The notes: a model not told the origin generated them from the sequence alone. 32,000 bases of DNA from an uncultured Methanobrevibacter sp. (GCF_900314695.1 NZ_OMWD01000007.1:12641-44640), one strand, 5' to 3'; numbered from the stretch's first letter, positions 17,902 to 27,331 are shown. Program-made: numbers and translations.

Positions 17902-20157
17902 ATGGGTGAAAGTAATTTAAGACAATATATTGATGATTTTTTTGATGAATTAATCCTCTATGATGATTATTACAATGGCCATTACTATAAAATGCTGTTA
18001 AAAACAGGAATTGATGTTTTTCTAGATAATGAGAATTCATATACTGCCTATGAAATTTATAGGACATTTTTCATGATTTATCAGATCTCACATGAAAACA
18101 AATCTGAAAAACATTCTCCTAACGAAATAAAAATCGTTAAAGAGAAAAATATCCTTTTGGATTTGGTTAAGACAATGAAAGATTATGAAGAAAATACTGG
18201 AGATTTGATTGAAAAGCAAAGGGACCATTTTATTCACTCTGTAAATGTTTTTCTATTAGGATTGGCAATTTATTCTCAAAATAAAAGTTATAGGGATAAA
18301 TTCAAACAGTATGTTCTTAATAGTCCTTATAAAAAATATTATAGGATTGACGGCGAATTTTCTCATGAGGAATTTTTATACCGTTGGGGTGTAGCAGCCC
18401 TTTTCCATGACATAGGTTATCCTGTTGAAATTATTGGAAAACAATTAAAAAAATTTATCAATGATGGAATTAAATCTATTTCAAGTAGCTACAATGCCGA
18501 TACTGCAATTGATTTTAAAGATTTCAATGAATTTAACACAATCGTTAAAAAGGATCCTAATTTTGCAGACAAATACACTTCCGTTTATCCTGAAGCAAAA
18601 TTTTTAAACTTATTTAAACCTACTGACATCATGGCCCATAAGATTTCTACTGATTTTAAGGGAATTGATGTTAATCAGGTAATCAAACACCTTGACTCCT
18701 TTGTTGACATCATGGGGGACAGCGGTTTTATCGACCACGGGTTCTTTTCATCAATTTTGGTTTTAAATTCCTACGGGTATCTGATTCAAAAATATGCTAA
18801 AAACAATGATTTCTTCTTTTATCCGATAGTTGACAGTGCTACAGCTATTCTGTTGCACAACTATTATAGAAATGTTTTGCAAAAAAAGCCTTTTGATTTA
18901 AAAACTTTGCATCCGTCTCAATCTCCATTGGCGTTCCTGCTGATTTTATGTGATGAGCTTCAGGAATGGAACAGACAGCCTTTTGGTGTTAAAGACAAGC
19001 AAAGAAGCCATGTAAATGAATTGGTTATAAATATTGATGACAGGGGAATGGATGTGGAATATATTGTTAGGGAAGGTGCAATGGGACTCGGCTTTTCTGA
19101 AGATAAAGAGGAATTCCTTAAAACAGTCTTATCATTAAGAAGCATTTTCAAATTTGGTTTGAGAATAATCACCGATGTTTCACAGGATAACATTATTAGG
19201 GAAAATGTTCACTCAGAAGCTCAAGCGCCGGATATCCTGCTTAGAAATGTTGAAACCATTGCTATTCAAATTCACAATCAGTATGTGGAAACCACCAAAC
19301 AGCAATATGAAGAAAAGCTTGCACTGGGTGAAGAAATTGATGATGAATTCATGGAAAAATACAATAACCTGACTACATTTGATGAGTTAACTCCACAGCT
19401 TAAAATAGCAAACATTAGACAGGCAAGGTCAATCCCAAATAAATTGGATATCATCGGCTGTGAAATTGCATCTAATGATGATGAAAGAGATGCAATTTTA
19501 AGATTCTCTAAAGATGAAATTTTGGATTTGGCTATTCTGGAGCATCAGGAATGGTGTGATGAAAAAATAGGTACTGGTTGGACTTTGGGTGAAAAAGATG
19601 TTGAGAATCTCGTTACTCCTTATCTTGTTCCATGGGATGAGTTGACAGAGGATATTCAACAGTATGATATTGACCCTATTAAGAACATTATTCCGCTTAT
19701 GGATTCTTTAGGGTTGAAGGTTGTAAGAACTAAAGAGAGGCTTTTAACATTTGAAATGCATAATTTTTACTCAGAATATAACAAGAGTGCCGGTCATTTC
19801 GATGATTTGCCAAGCTATATTAAATATTCCAACTATAAACAGACTGATTTCCTTTTAAGAATCTTGTCTGAGTTGGGTTATGATGTAATTGATATTGAAG
19901 ATGCTGGTGAGACAGTAATGTCATTTGATGAGGATTCAATTGAATATTTAGCTAAAAGGGAACATAATGAGTGGTATAAACTTAAAGTTAACTTGGGATG
20001 GACATATGATGCAGTCAAAGATGATGTGGCAAAAACCAACCCTAATTTAGTGGAATGGGATCAGCTTGACCATGAAACCAAGGAGCTGAACAGACGCACA
20101 TTCAGAAACCTCCCTCAATTATGTGGAAATGTTGGCTTGAAAATTGTTAAAAATTAG
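17902..20157 (+). CDS. HD-domain phosphohydrolase fused to four RyR (ryanodine-receptor-type) repeats, paralogue 1
   Basis: HD motifs: RDHFIHSVNV (H109/H112), AALFHDIGYP (H169-D170), IDHGFFSS (H279), AILLHNYY (H319) and LILCDELQEWNR (D351). Canonical RyR-type repeats: LAILEHQEWCDEKIGTGWTLGEKD...TPYLVPWDELTEDIQQYDIDPIKNI...LGLKVV, and LAKREHNEWYKLKVNLGWTYDAV...NPNLVEWDQLDHETKELNRRTFRNL...VGLKIV. Each is preceded by a divergent repeat (IAIQIHNQY...FDELTPQLKIANIRQARSIPNKLDIIGCEI, and LTFEMHNFY...FDDLPSYIKYSNYKQTDFLLRILSELGYDV). An AGGTG SD is present. Confidence 0.8.
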   Translation: MGESNLRQYIDDFFDELILYDDYYNGHYYKMLLKTGIDVFLDNENSYTAYEIYRTFFMIYQISHENKSEKHSPNEIKIVKEKNILLDLVKTMKDYEENTGDLIEKQRDHFIHSVNVFLLGLAIYSQNKSYRDKFKQYVLNSPYKKYYRIDGEFSHEEFLYRWGVAALFHDIGYPVEIIGKQLKKFINDGIKSISSSYNADTAIDFKDFNEFNTIVKKDPNFADKYTSVYPEAKFLNLFKPTDIMAHKISTDFKGIDVNQVIKHLDSFVDIMGDSGFIDHGFFSSILVLNSYGYLIQKYAKNNDFFFYPIVDSATAILLHNYYRNVLQKKPFDLKTLHPSQSPLAFLLILCDELQEWNRQPFGVKDKQRSHVNELVINIDDRGMDVEYIVREGAMGLGFSEDKEEFLKTVLSLRSIFKFGLRIITDVSQDNIIRENVHSEAQAPDILLRNVETIAIQIHNQYVETTKQQYEEKLALGEEIDDEFMEKYNNLTTFDELTPQLKIANIRQARSIPNKLDIIGCEIASNDDERDAILRFSKDEILDLAILEHQEWCDEKIGTGWTLGEKDVENLVTPYLVPWDELTEDIQQYDIDPIKNIIPLMDSLGLKVVRTKERLLTFEMHNFYSEYNKSAGHFDDLPSYIKYSNYKQTDFLLRILSELGYDVIDIEDAGETVMSFDEDSIEYLAKREHNEWYKLKVNLGWTYDAVKDDVAKTNPNLVEWDQLDHETKELNRRTFRNLPQLCGNVGLKIVKN

Positions 20158-20171
20158 TGTCGGTGGAAATT

Positions 20172-22535
20172 ATGGATAATGGGGGAAGTTCTACTAATAT
20201 CGGCAAGTATGTTGATAAGTTCTTTGACATGCTGGTTTTATACGATGATAATCTGGTATTTAAGGACGGTACAAAAAGCAATCATGACTATAAAGGCCTT
20301 CTAAAAGCAGCAATTGATGTATTTTTAAACCATCAATCCAACTATACTGCTTATGAGGTCTATCAAACTTTTTTCATGATGTATCAAATCACTCCTGAAG
20401 ACAAAAGTGAAATCGATGAAAAAAGCCCTGACGTTTTGATTAGTGAACCCAATTATCTTCTTGATTTGGTAGACATAATGAGAAAGTATGAGGAAAATAC
20501 TGGTGAATTGATAAACTGGCAAAGGGACCATTTCATCCACTCAGTCAATGTTTTCATATTGGGTTTAGCAGTATATGCTCAAAATCAATCTTACAGAGCC
20601 ATATTTCAAAATTATATTCTTAAAAATAAGCATTATAAAAAATATTATCGGATTGATGGCAATTTTTCTCATGAGGAATTCCTATATCGATGGGGTGTAG
20701 CAGCGCTGTTTCATGATATAGGCTATCCATTTGAAATAATAGGAAAACAGCTGGATAAGTTAATCGAAGATGGGATAAAAAACATTTCCCATAGCTATGA
20801 CAATGTCAAGATGGGTCTTGATTTTAGGGATTTCGATGAATTTAATGTAATTGCCAAGCTGGATCCGTTTGATTATGCAGACCAATACCGTGAAAGATAT
20901 TCAGATTCTAAAGTTCTAGACTTATTTAAGCCTACAGATATTATGGCTCATAAGCTCAAATTGGACTTTGGATTTGACAATGAAGTATATAAAAAGTTAA
21001 TCAAACATCTCAACGGTTTTCCCAGATTCATGACTGAAAGGGATTTTGTTGACCATGGATTTTTCTCAGCTATCTTGGTTTTGAATTCCTATGGAAAACT
21101 GATACAGAAATATGCAAAAAAGGATAAGGATTTCTTTTTCTATCCTATTGTAGATAGTGCTACTGCAATCCTGCTTCATAATTATTACAGTAATGCCCTA
21201 CAAAAGCCACCCTTTAATTTTGGCAAGCTAAGGCCTAAACAGTCTCCAATTTCTTATTTGTTAATTTTATGCGATGAGCTTCAGGAATGGAACAGACAGC
21301 CATATGGCGTTTTGGATGTAAAGGAAAACCATGTAAACGATTTGGATGTTGTCATTGATGATGAATACATGAAGGTTATCTATATTTTAAATAATGGGCC
21401 TATGGGTTTTGGATTTTCCAAAAAGAAGGATGATGTGATTGATAATGTCTTGGAGATTCAGGATATTTTCCTTGGTAAATTATCCATCAGAACAAAAATT
21501 GAATTGGATAATGTTATAAGGGACATTTCCATTGCTGAAATTCAAACTCCCAATATTTTACTAAGAAATGTTGAAAAATTGGCCAGGCAAATCAATGATG
21601 AGTACAATGAGGAATTGAAAGCCAAACTGGATGAAGCCATTAAAAAAGGTGATGAAAAGGAAATTGAAGAATATAAAGAAAAATGTTCATATTTATGTGA
21701 TTTTGAAGATTTAAGTGCCGATTATAAAATTTCCAATATTCGTCAGGCAAAATCAATTCCAAAGAAATTGAGCATGATAGGATGCGAAATTGCACACATT
21801 GATGATGAAAGGGACGAAATCACCAAATTTGATGAAAAGGAGATTGAGGATTTGGCGATATTTGAGCATGTTGACTGGTGCAGGGAAAGAAAAGGTACCG
21901 GATGGTCTTATGGTGATGTAAAAAATCCTGAAGAGCGCAGAACACCTTATCTTGTCTCATGGGAAAAGCTTCCTGATGATATAAAGGATATGGATCGAAA
22001 AGCAACTGAAAATATTCCAAATCTTTTAAATTCAATTGGTCTGAAAGTCGTTAGAAATAAAATCAGATTGCTTACCTTTAAAATGCATCAGTTTTATGAA
22101 ACAGGCAGTTTGGATGATAAGTCAGATGGTGAAAAAAGATTTAAGGAATTGCCGAAGCATGTTCAGTATTCCAATTATAAGCAAGCCGATTATCTGGTTA
22201 AAATTTTAAAGGAAAAAGGATTTGAATTGGTTTCTCTAAATGATTCAAGGGATAAAATTCATAGATTTGATGAAGAGGATATTGAATATTTCGCCAAAAG
22301 GGAACATGAAGGGTGGTTAAAACTTAAACTTAATTTAGGTTATGCACATCTTCCGATTGACGAATCAGATATTCAAAAAATAGAAGAAGGTATTCGAGAG
22401 TCCCATAATCCAAATCTTGTTTCCTGGAAAGACCTTGATATAAATGTTAAAAAGGCAAATAAGGATACTTTCATCAATCTTCCGAAATTATGTGAAGACC
22501 CGAATGTAGCTTTAAAAATTGTCAGAAGGCAGTAA
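20172..22535 (+). CDS. HD-domain phosphohydrolase fused to four RyR-type repeats, paralogue 2
   Basis: Same architecture and motifs: RDHFIHSVNV, AALFHDIGYP, VDHGFFSA, AILLHNYY, LILCDELQEWNR, LAIFEHVDWCRERKGTGWSYGDV...TPYLVSWEKLPDDIKDMDRKATENI...IGLKVV, and FAKREHEGWLKLKLNLGYAH...NPNLVSWKDLDINVKKANKDTFINL. A GGTGGA SD precedes the ATG at 20172. An alternative GTG at 20157 overlaps the upstream stop (TAGTG). A 29-nt string (gatgagcttcaggaatggaacagacagcc) is identical in both paralogues. Confidence 0.8.
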   Translation: MDNGGSSTNIGKYVDKFFDMLVLYDDNLVFKDGTKSNHDYKGLLKAAIDVFLNHQSNYTAYEVYQTFFMMYQITPEDKSEIDEKSPDVLISEPNYLLDLVDIMRKYEENTGELINWQRDHFIHSVNVFILGLAVYAQNQSYRAIFQNYILKNKHYKKYYRIDGNFSHEEFLYRWGVAALFHDIGYPFEIIGKQLDKLIEDGIKNISHSYDNVKMGLDFRDFDEFNVIAKLDPFDYADQYRERYSDSKVLDLFKPTDIMAHKLKLDFGFDNEVYKKLIKHLNGFPRFMTERDFVDHGFFSAILVLNSYGKLIQKYAKKDKDFFFYPIVDSATAILLHNYYSNALQKPPFNFGKLRPKQSPISYLLILCDELQEWNRQPYGVLDVKENHVNDLDVVIDDEYMKVIYILNNGPMGFGFSKKKDDVIDNVLEIQDIFLGKLSIRTKIELDNVIRDISIAEIQTPNILLRNVEKLARQINDEYNEELKAKLDEAIKKGDEKEIEEYKEKCSYLCDFEDLSADYKISNIRQAKSIPKKLSMIGCEIAHIDDERDEITKFDEKEIEDLAIFEHVDWCRERKGTGWSYGDVKNPEERRTPYLVSWEKLPDDIKDMDRKATENIPNLLNSIGLKVVRNKIRLLTFKMHQFYETGSLDDKSDGEKRFKELPKHVQYSNYKQADYLVKILKEKGFELVSLNDSRDKIHRFDEEDIEYFAKREHEGWLKLKLNLGYAHLPIDESDIQKIEEGIRESHNPNLVSWKDLDINVKKANKDTFINLPKLCEDPNVALKIVRRQ

Positions 22536-22555
22536 TTAGTTGGGAAATAATAATT

Positions 22556-22574
22556 ATTTTTCATTATGAAAAAT
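22556..22574 (+). terminator. weak A/T palindrome followed by T-runs after the HD-RyR pair
   Basis: ATTTTTCAT-t-ATGAAAAAT followed by ttttgttctttt. The stem is almost all A/T, so it is weak. The oligo-T runs alone could act as an archaeal terminator. Confidence 0.3.
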
Positions 22575-22722
22575 TTTTGTTCTTTTGATGCTTTATTACT
22601 AAACCTTTAAATACTATTAAGTTAATATAATTTATTAATAGTTATGAAAACGGACATATTGTTTTTTATTTCATAGCATTTTTATTATTATTGAATTTTC
22701 ATGATTATAGGAGGAGTTATTA

Positions 22723-22869
22723 ATGGCAAGATTTGAAGAAGCAGAAAATAGAATGTTTAATGTAAAAATCTGCTTAAAATGTAATGCTCGTAACCCTGCT
22801 GCTGCAACTACTTGCAGAAAATGTGGTTACAAAGGTTTAAGATTCAAAGCTAAAGAACCGAGAGGATAG
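22723..22869 (+). CDS. rpl40e: 50S ribosomal protein L40e
   Basis: It is not in the ORF track (48 aa). [48 protein letters not shown] has a CxxC...CxxC zinc ribbon typical of archaeal L40e. A strong AGGAGGAG SD lies 8 nt upstream. Confidence 0.85.
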   Translation: MARFEEAENRMFNVKICLKCNARNPAAATTCRKCGYKGLRFKAKEPRG

Positions 22870-22958
22870 ATTCATTCTCTTTTACTTTTTTTTTATTATT
22901 TTTTTAAAACAATTAATTTAATATATTATTTTTTATAAAACTTATTTTAGGTATTCTT

Positions 22959-23711
22959 ATGAAAGACGTTGAAAATTACATTAGAGATATATTAAAAACA
23001 AGGAAAATACATTTCACTTTAATTGATCCTGATGAACAGACACCGGAGGAAGCTTTAGAAATTGCTACAGCTGCAATAGAAGGTGGTACTGATGGAATTA
23101 TGATTGGAGGGTCTACTGTTAATGGTGATGACGTCGACAATACCTGTAAGATATTGTCTGAAAACATTGCAGTTCCAATTATTATTTTCCCGGGCAATAC
23201 CAGTAGTGTAAGTAAATACGCAGATGCAATATTCTATATGAGTTATGTAAACTCAACCAATCCTTACTGGATTAATGGTGCTCAGGCATTAGCAGCACCT
23301 GCCGTTAAAGCATCAGGAATGGAAATATTGTCCATGGCATATATGGTCGCAGAACCTGGTGGAACCGTTGGATGGGTCGGGGATGCAAAATTGGTACCTA
23401 GAAATAAGCCAAAAATACCTGCAGTCTATGCAATGTCTGCAGAGATGTTTGGAATGAAATTCTTTTATATTGAAGCTGGATCAGGTGCATCAGAACCAAT
23501 TCCTCCTGAAATGGTTGCATACACTAAAAAAGCCACTGAAAACATGATTGTGGTTGTTGGTGGTGGAATTCGTGATGCCAAAGCAGCATATACTGCAGCT
23601 AAAGCTGGCGGAGACATCATTGTAACAGGTACTGTTGTAGAAGATACAGATAATGTTTTAGCTAAAATTCAAGAATTAACTGGGGCTATCAAAAAAGCTT
23701 CAATGGAGTAG
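22959..23711 (+). CDS. geranylgeranylglyceryl phosphate synthase (GGGPS, PcrB family)
   Basis: HFTLIDPDEQTPEE, GGTDGIMIGGST, FYIEAGSGA and VVVGGGIR are TIM-barrel GGGPS signatures. Confidence 0.9.
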   Translation: MKDVENYIRDILKTRKIHFTLIDPDEQTPEEALEIATAAIEGGTDGIMIGGSTVNGDDVDNTCKILSENIAVPIIIFPGNTSSVSKYADAIFYMSYVNSTNPYWINGAQALAAPAVKASGMEILSMAYMVAEPGGTVGWVGDAKLVPRNKPKIPAVYAMSAEMFGMKFFYIEAGSGASEPIPPEMVAYTKKATENMIVVVGGGIRDAKAAYTAAKAGGDIIVTGTVVEDTDNVLAKIQELTGAIKKASME

Positions 23712-23765
23712 TTTTCAGCTGCTCTTACCATACTTTTTTATTTATTTATTAACATAAGATATATT

Positions 23766-24833
23766 ATGTTAAATTCACTATATGAAAAAGCCATCGCTAA
23801 AAGAGGATTTATACAAGATATTGAGTCAGACAATAATTTGGATGCTCAACTTGAAGTAAACTGGTTTTCAAGAGAATTCAGTGAGAGTTCTGATGATTTT
23901 TCCATCGCTGCGGGAGATGGGAGCTTCAACAAAAAGAAGTTTTTAAAAAGCAACTTCTGTGCTGTAGGTGCCGAATCCATAATTTACGATGGTGAAATAA
24001 AAAAAATCGATGATGCTGATATTTTGGAAGTAAATCATATCTCTTTTTTGGATGAGCTTTTAAGCAGTTATATGTCAATATTGGAACTTAAATGTGCGTC
24101 TAGGGCTATCAAGGAATATGATGTAGATTATTACTTATTCGATGGATCCATTTTAGGAGATTTGGAAAATGCATATCCAAGAGGTGCTGAACTTCCATCC
24201 AAAATCAGAGATAACTTGGATGAAACCATTTTGAATGAATTTAAGAGAAGATTGGAAATAACACCATTTGGATTCGTATTTCCTCAAATTAAAGAAAGAA
24301 TATTGGCTGATGTAAGTGTAAATGAGGAATTTGAGCAAAAGGAAGATTTTGACCTTCATTTGTCTTCAATCGAGAAAATAATATTGTTAAAAGAAATTTT
24401 GGAAAACAAGAAAAAAATCATTTCAATATCCAAAACATCTTCAGACAATGATTTGTTTGGATGGAACATTCCGGACATTTCAATTTTAGATAATTTGACA
24501 GATAAAAAGCAGGGAATATCAAGAATTGAGTATAGGCGAGTCTATAAGAATGCATCTTTCCAGTATTTCAATGATTTTTTCAAACAATTGAAATTTACGG
24601 TATTTTATGTAAGGCTTCAGGACAATAAAAATGTATTGAAAGTTGAATTGCCTTACAAAGCATCGATAAGTGAAGTTGTAGATGTTGTAGAGAAGATAAA
24701 TGTATTGTCAGTTCAAGGTTATCCTTATTTGCTGAGTAAGGCACATAATGATGTAGTCATTACTGACAGGAATATTAAAGAATTATTAAAACTTGCTAAA
24801 ATTTATGAAACAACAAACAGGGAAATGTTATAG
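23766..24833 (+). CDS. nurA: DNA double-strand-break repair nuclease NurA
   Basis: IAAGDGSFNKK (catalytic Asp motif), YYLFDGSILGDL and a C-terminal GYPYLLSKAHNDVVI. It sits immediately upstream of herA. Confidence 0.8.
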   Translation: MLNSLYEKAIAKRGFIQDIESDNNLDAQLEVNWFSREFSESSDDFSIAAGDGSFNKKKFLKSNFCAVGAESIIYDGEIKKIDDADILEVNHISFLDELLSSYMSILELKCASRAIKEYDVDYYLFDGSILGDLENAYPRGAELPSKIRDNLDETILNEFKRRLEITPFGFVFPQIKERILADVSVNEEFEQKEDFDLHLSSIEKIILLKEILENKKKIISISKTSSDNDLFGWNIPDISILDNLTDKKQGISRIEYRRVYKNASFQYFNDFFKQLKFTVFYVRLQDNKNVLKVELPYKASISEVVDVVEKINVLSVQGYPYLLSKAHNDVVITDRNIKELLKLAKIYETTNREML

Positions 24834-24842
24834 GTGGTTTAG

Positions 24843-26342
24843 ATGGTAGTTGGAATTTGTGTTGGCGAAACATCACTTTCAGAAGTTACTTTCATTTCAG
24901 ATAAGATGCCGAAAGTTGGAGAATATGTGACTATTGAATACGATGGAAAAAAAGTATTGGGAATGATTGAAAATCTAATTAGAGGTAATGATGCTTTAAA
25001 TGTTGATATCAACGATTTCAAAGCCATTCGAAAGATTTCACAAATAGGTGCTGAGGATAACTATATTCGAGGTAAAGTAAAGATTCTTGGAGATGTCAAT
25101 GATAATCTGAAATTGCCGAGAACCCCTGTGCTTCCTGGAACTGAAATAAAGCTGGCTGACAGGGATACTTTAAATGAAATATTCAAGGTTAACAATCCCA
25201 TTAAATTAGGATGTCTTGTAAATCAGAGTGATGTGGACGTTAATGTTGAAGCAAACCCAATTTTGTCAAGACACCTTGCAATTTTAGCAATGACTGGAGC
25301 TGGAAAATCAAATACTGTATCTGTTTTAATAAATGAAATGTTAAGTTATTTTGTTCCGGTATTCGTATTTGATATGCATGGTGAGTATGTTGGAGCCAAT
25401 TTCCCAAATGGTGAAGTTAATGTTATTAAACCTAAAATAAATCCTGTTTACATGTCTTTTCATGAGATAAAAAGATTGGTTAACATTCCGAGTAATGGTT
25501 ATATTCAGGAAAGACATTTCAGAAGAGCATTTAAGACAGCTAAGGAAATGGTTCGCAGTGGAACAGCACATACAAATAACTTTTTACAAATTATTTATGA
25601 TATTCTATTAAGCGATTCTCAAGAAGAGGGCTCAGACAAGCAAATTGTTGATGTAATGAATAAGATTGACGATTCGATGGATAAGTATGCCAATATCTTT
25701 GACAATAACATTGGAAATATATTGACAAACATTAAAATAGGTCATGTTAATGTTTTGGACTTAAGCCAGTCTGACGAATCAATTGCAAATGTATTGGTAA
25801 GTCATATTATGAGAAATGCTTTGCAAATGAGAAAAAATGCAGTTCATGGAAAAGATGAAAGAGCATTGGATTTTCCAGTATTTTTCATATTGGAGGAGGC
25901 ACATATATTGGCTCCTAATAAACGTGATTCAGATTCAAAACGTTGGATTCAAAGGGTTGCTAGAGAAGGACGTAAATTCGGATTGGGATTATGTTTGGTA
26001 AGTCAGTCTCCAAAAACAGTTGACCATGATGCATTGTCCCAAATGAATAATATGATTATTTTGAGGCTTGTTGAACCTGAAGACCAAAGGCATGTTCAGT
26101 CTGCAAGTGAAAGTTTATCACAGGATTTGGTTAATCAGCTTCCATCCTTAAATGTTGGTGAAGCTGTTGTTTTAGGTTTGATGAGCAAAGTACCAACTCT
26201 TGTCAAAATTGATGAATTTAAAGGTCGTCTTCATGGGGATGACATGGATATTGTTTCCTATTTTGCTGATATCAGGCAGAAAGAACAAGAAGAAATTGAA
26301 GAGTTGGAAAAAGAAAGCATGGAAATGGGTTATAATTATTAA
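24843..26342 (+). CDS. herA: DNA double-strand-break repair helicase HerA
   Basis: N-terminal HAS-barrel-like region, Walker A LAMTGAGKSNTV, Walker B FFILEEAHILAP and REGRKFGLGLCLVSQSP. An AGGTGG SD is present. Confidence 0.9.
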   Translation: MVVGICVGETSLSEVTFISDKMPKVGEYVTIEYDGKKVLGMIENLIRGNDALNVDINDFKAIRKISQIGAEDNYIRGKVKILGDVNDNLKLPRTPVLPGTEIKLADRDTLNEIFKVNNPIKLGCLVNQSDVDVNVEANPILSRHLAILAMTGAGKSNTVSVLINEMLSYFVPVFVFDMHGEYVGANFPNGEVNVIKPKINPVYMSFHEIKRLVNIPSNGYIQERHFRRAFKTAKEMVRSGTAHTNNFLQIIYDILLSDSQEEGSDKQIVDVMNKIDDSMDKYANIFDNNIGNILTNIKIGHVNVLDLSQSDESIANVLVSHIMRNALQMRKNAVHGKDERALDFPVFFILEEAHILAPNKRDSDSKRWIQRVAREGRKFGLGLCLVSQSPKTVDHDALSQMNNMIILRLVEPEDQRHVQSASESLSQDLVNQLPSLNVGEAVVLGLMSKVPTLVKIDEFKGRLHGDDMDIVSYFADIRQKEQEEIEELEKESMEMGYNY

Positions 26343-26521
26343 TCCTATTTCTTTTTTTTAATTTTAATATTAATTTTTCCTTATAATATTGTATGGACTT
26401 ATTTAGAAACTTATTTATATTAAATTGCTTATATAATTACTTAAAATTAAATATTGGAATTTATTATTTGTTTAAAAGCAATTTTACATATTAATAGCAA
26501 TTTTTCAATATTAAATCAATA

Positions 26522-26929
26522 ATGGGTACAATCATGTTTCAATGGAAAGATTTCAAAACGGTCGGCGATGAATTGATGGCTAATTCGCAGGGAGCATATA
26601 TAAGATGTGCTACAAGCAGATATTATTATTCTATTTTCGGTTCAACAAGAGAATATTTAATCGATATTATGAATAAACATCAATTTTGTAACGGAAAAGA
26701 TATTCATAAAAGAGTATCTGACGAGTTAATTAAGTCTAATGATCCAAATGAGGTAAATTTGGCTGAATGTTTAAAATTTTTAAGGGAAGTTAGAAACCGT
26801 GCTGATTATGATAGATTAAATGAATGTAATACTTTTTTTAAAAATAATTCTGATAAGTTTGTTGATACAACAAATGATGCATTTAATTCATTAAATGTGT
26901 TAATGAATAATCCGCCATATAATTTTTGA
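26522..26929 (+). CDS. HEPN-like domain protein
   Basis: RCATSRYYYSIFGSTREYL (the aisRaYYaxF helix) and LKFLREVRNRADYD (the R-N-x-A-D-Y helix-4 motif) resemble PF05168/SAV_6107-type HEPN domains. There is no canonical Rx4-6H histidine. An alternative start is at 26534. Confidence 0.6.
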   Translation: MGTIMFQWKDFKTVGDELMANSQGAYIRCATSRYYYSIFGSTREYLIDIMNKHQFCNGKDIHKRVSDELIKSNDPNEVNLAECLKFLREVRNRADYDRLNECNTFFKNNSDKFVDTTNDAFNSLNVLMNNPPYNF

Positions 26930-26938
26930 GGTGTTATT

Positions 26939-27331
26939 GTGGATGATTTGGATTTCGTTAAAAAATTAGAAAGTAATGCGGAGTTATTCAACAGAGAATA
27001 TGATAAATTGGGAGAATTTTATAATGTTCGTCATTATGAAAAAATTCATGATTACTTTGTTAAACATAAGGGCCTTATTGTATTATTAAATAAACTTAAA
27101 TCTAGGTTATCTGAAGATTTTCCTACTGGTAAATTTGATTTAGTGCATTATACTGATTATGAATATTCAGATTGGTCTTATATTTTGTTATATATTAAAG
27201 TTGATGATTATACATTTAATAATGGGGTTATGGAAGATATAAAAAAGATTACTTTTGATTTTATTCCATTAAGACGTAAATTAGGTGTAATGTCTGATTT
27301 GTCTTTAAGGCCTGCATTATATGATTGCTAA
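26939..27331 (+). CDS. hypothetical protein, translationally coupled partner of the HEPN-like protein
   Basis: The GTG start is preceded by a GAGGTG SD that overlaps the HEPN gene stop. It is 130 aa, with no family and no MNT-type GSx10-20DxD motif that I can recognise. Confidence 0.5.
   Translation: MDDLDFVKKLESNAELFNREYDKLGEFYNVRHYEKIHDYFVKHKGLIVLLNKLKSRLSEDFPTGKFDLVHYTDYEYSDWSYILLYIKVDDYTFNNGVMEDIKKITFDFIPLRRKLGVMSDLSLRPALYDC

Noticed and set aside
14854-22722. Mobile-element boundaries (integrase, transposase, flanking direct repeats, tRNA target) around the TIR/HD-RyR island
   Set aside because: I found no recombinase gene, tRNA or convincing flanking repeat by eye. The island's accessory status therefore rests only on gene content and remains an inference.
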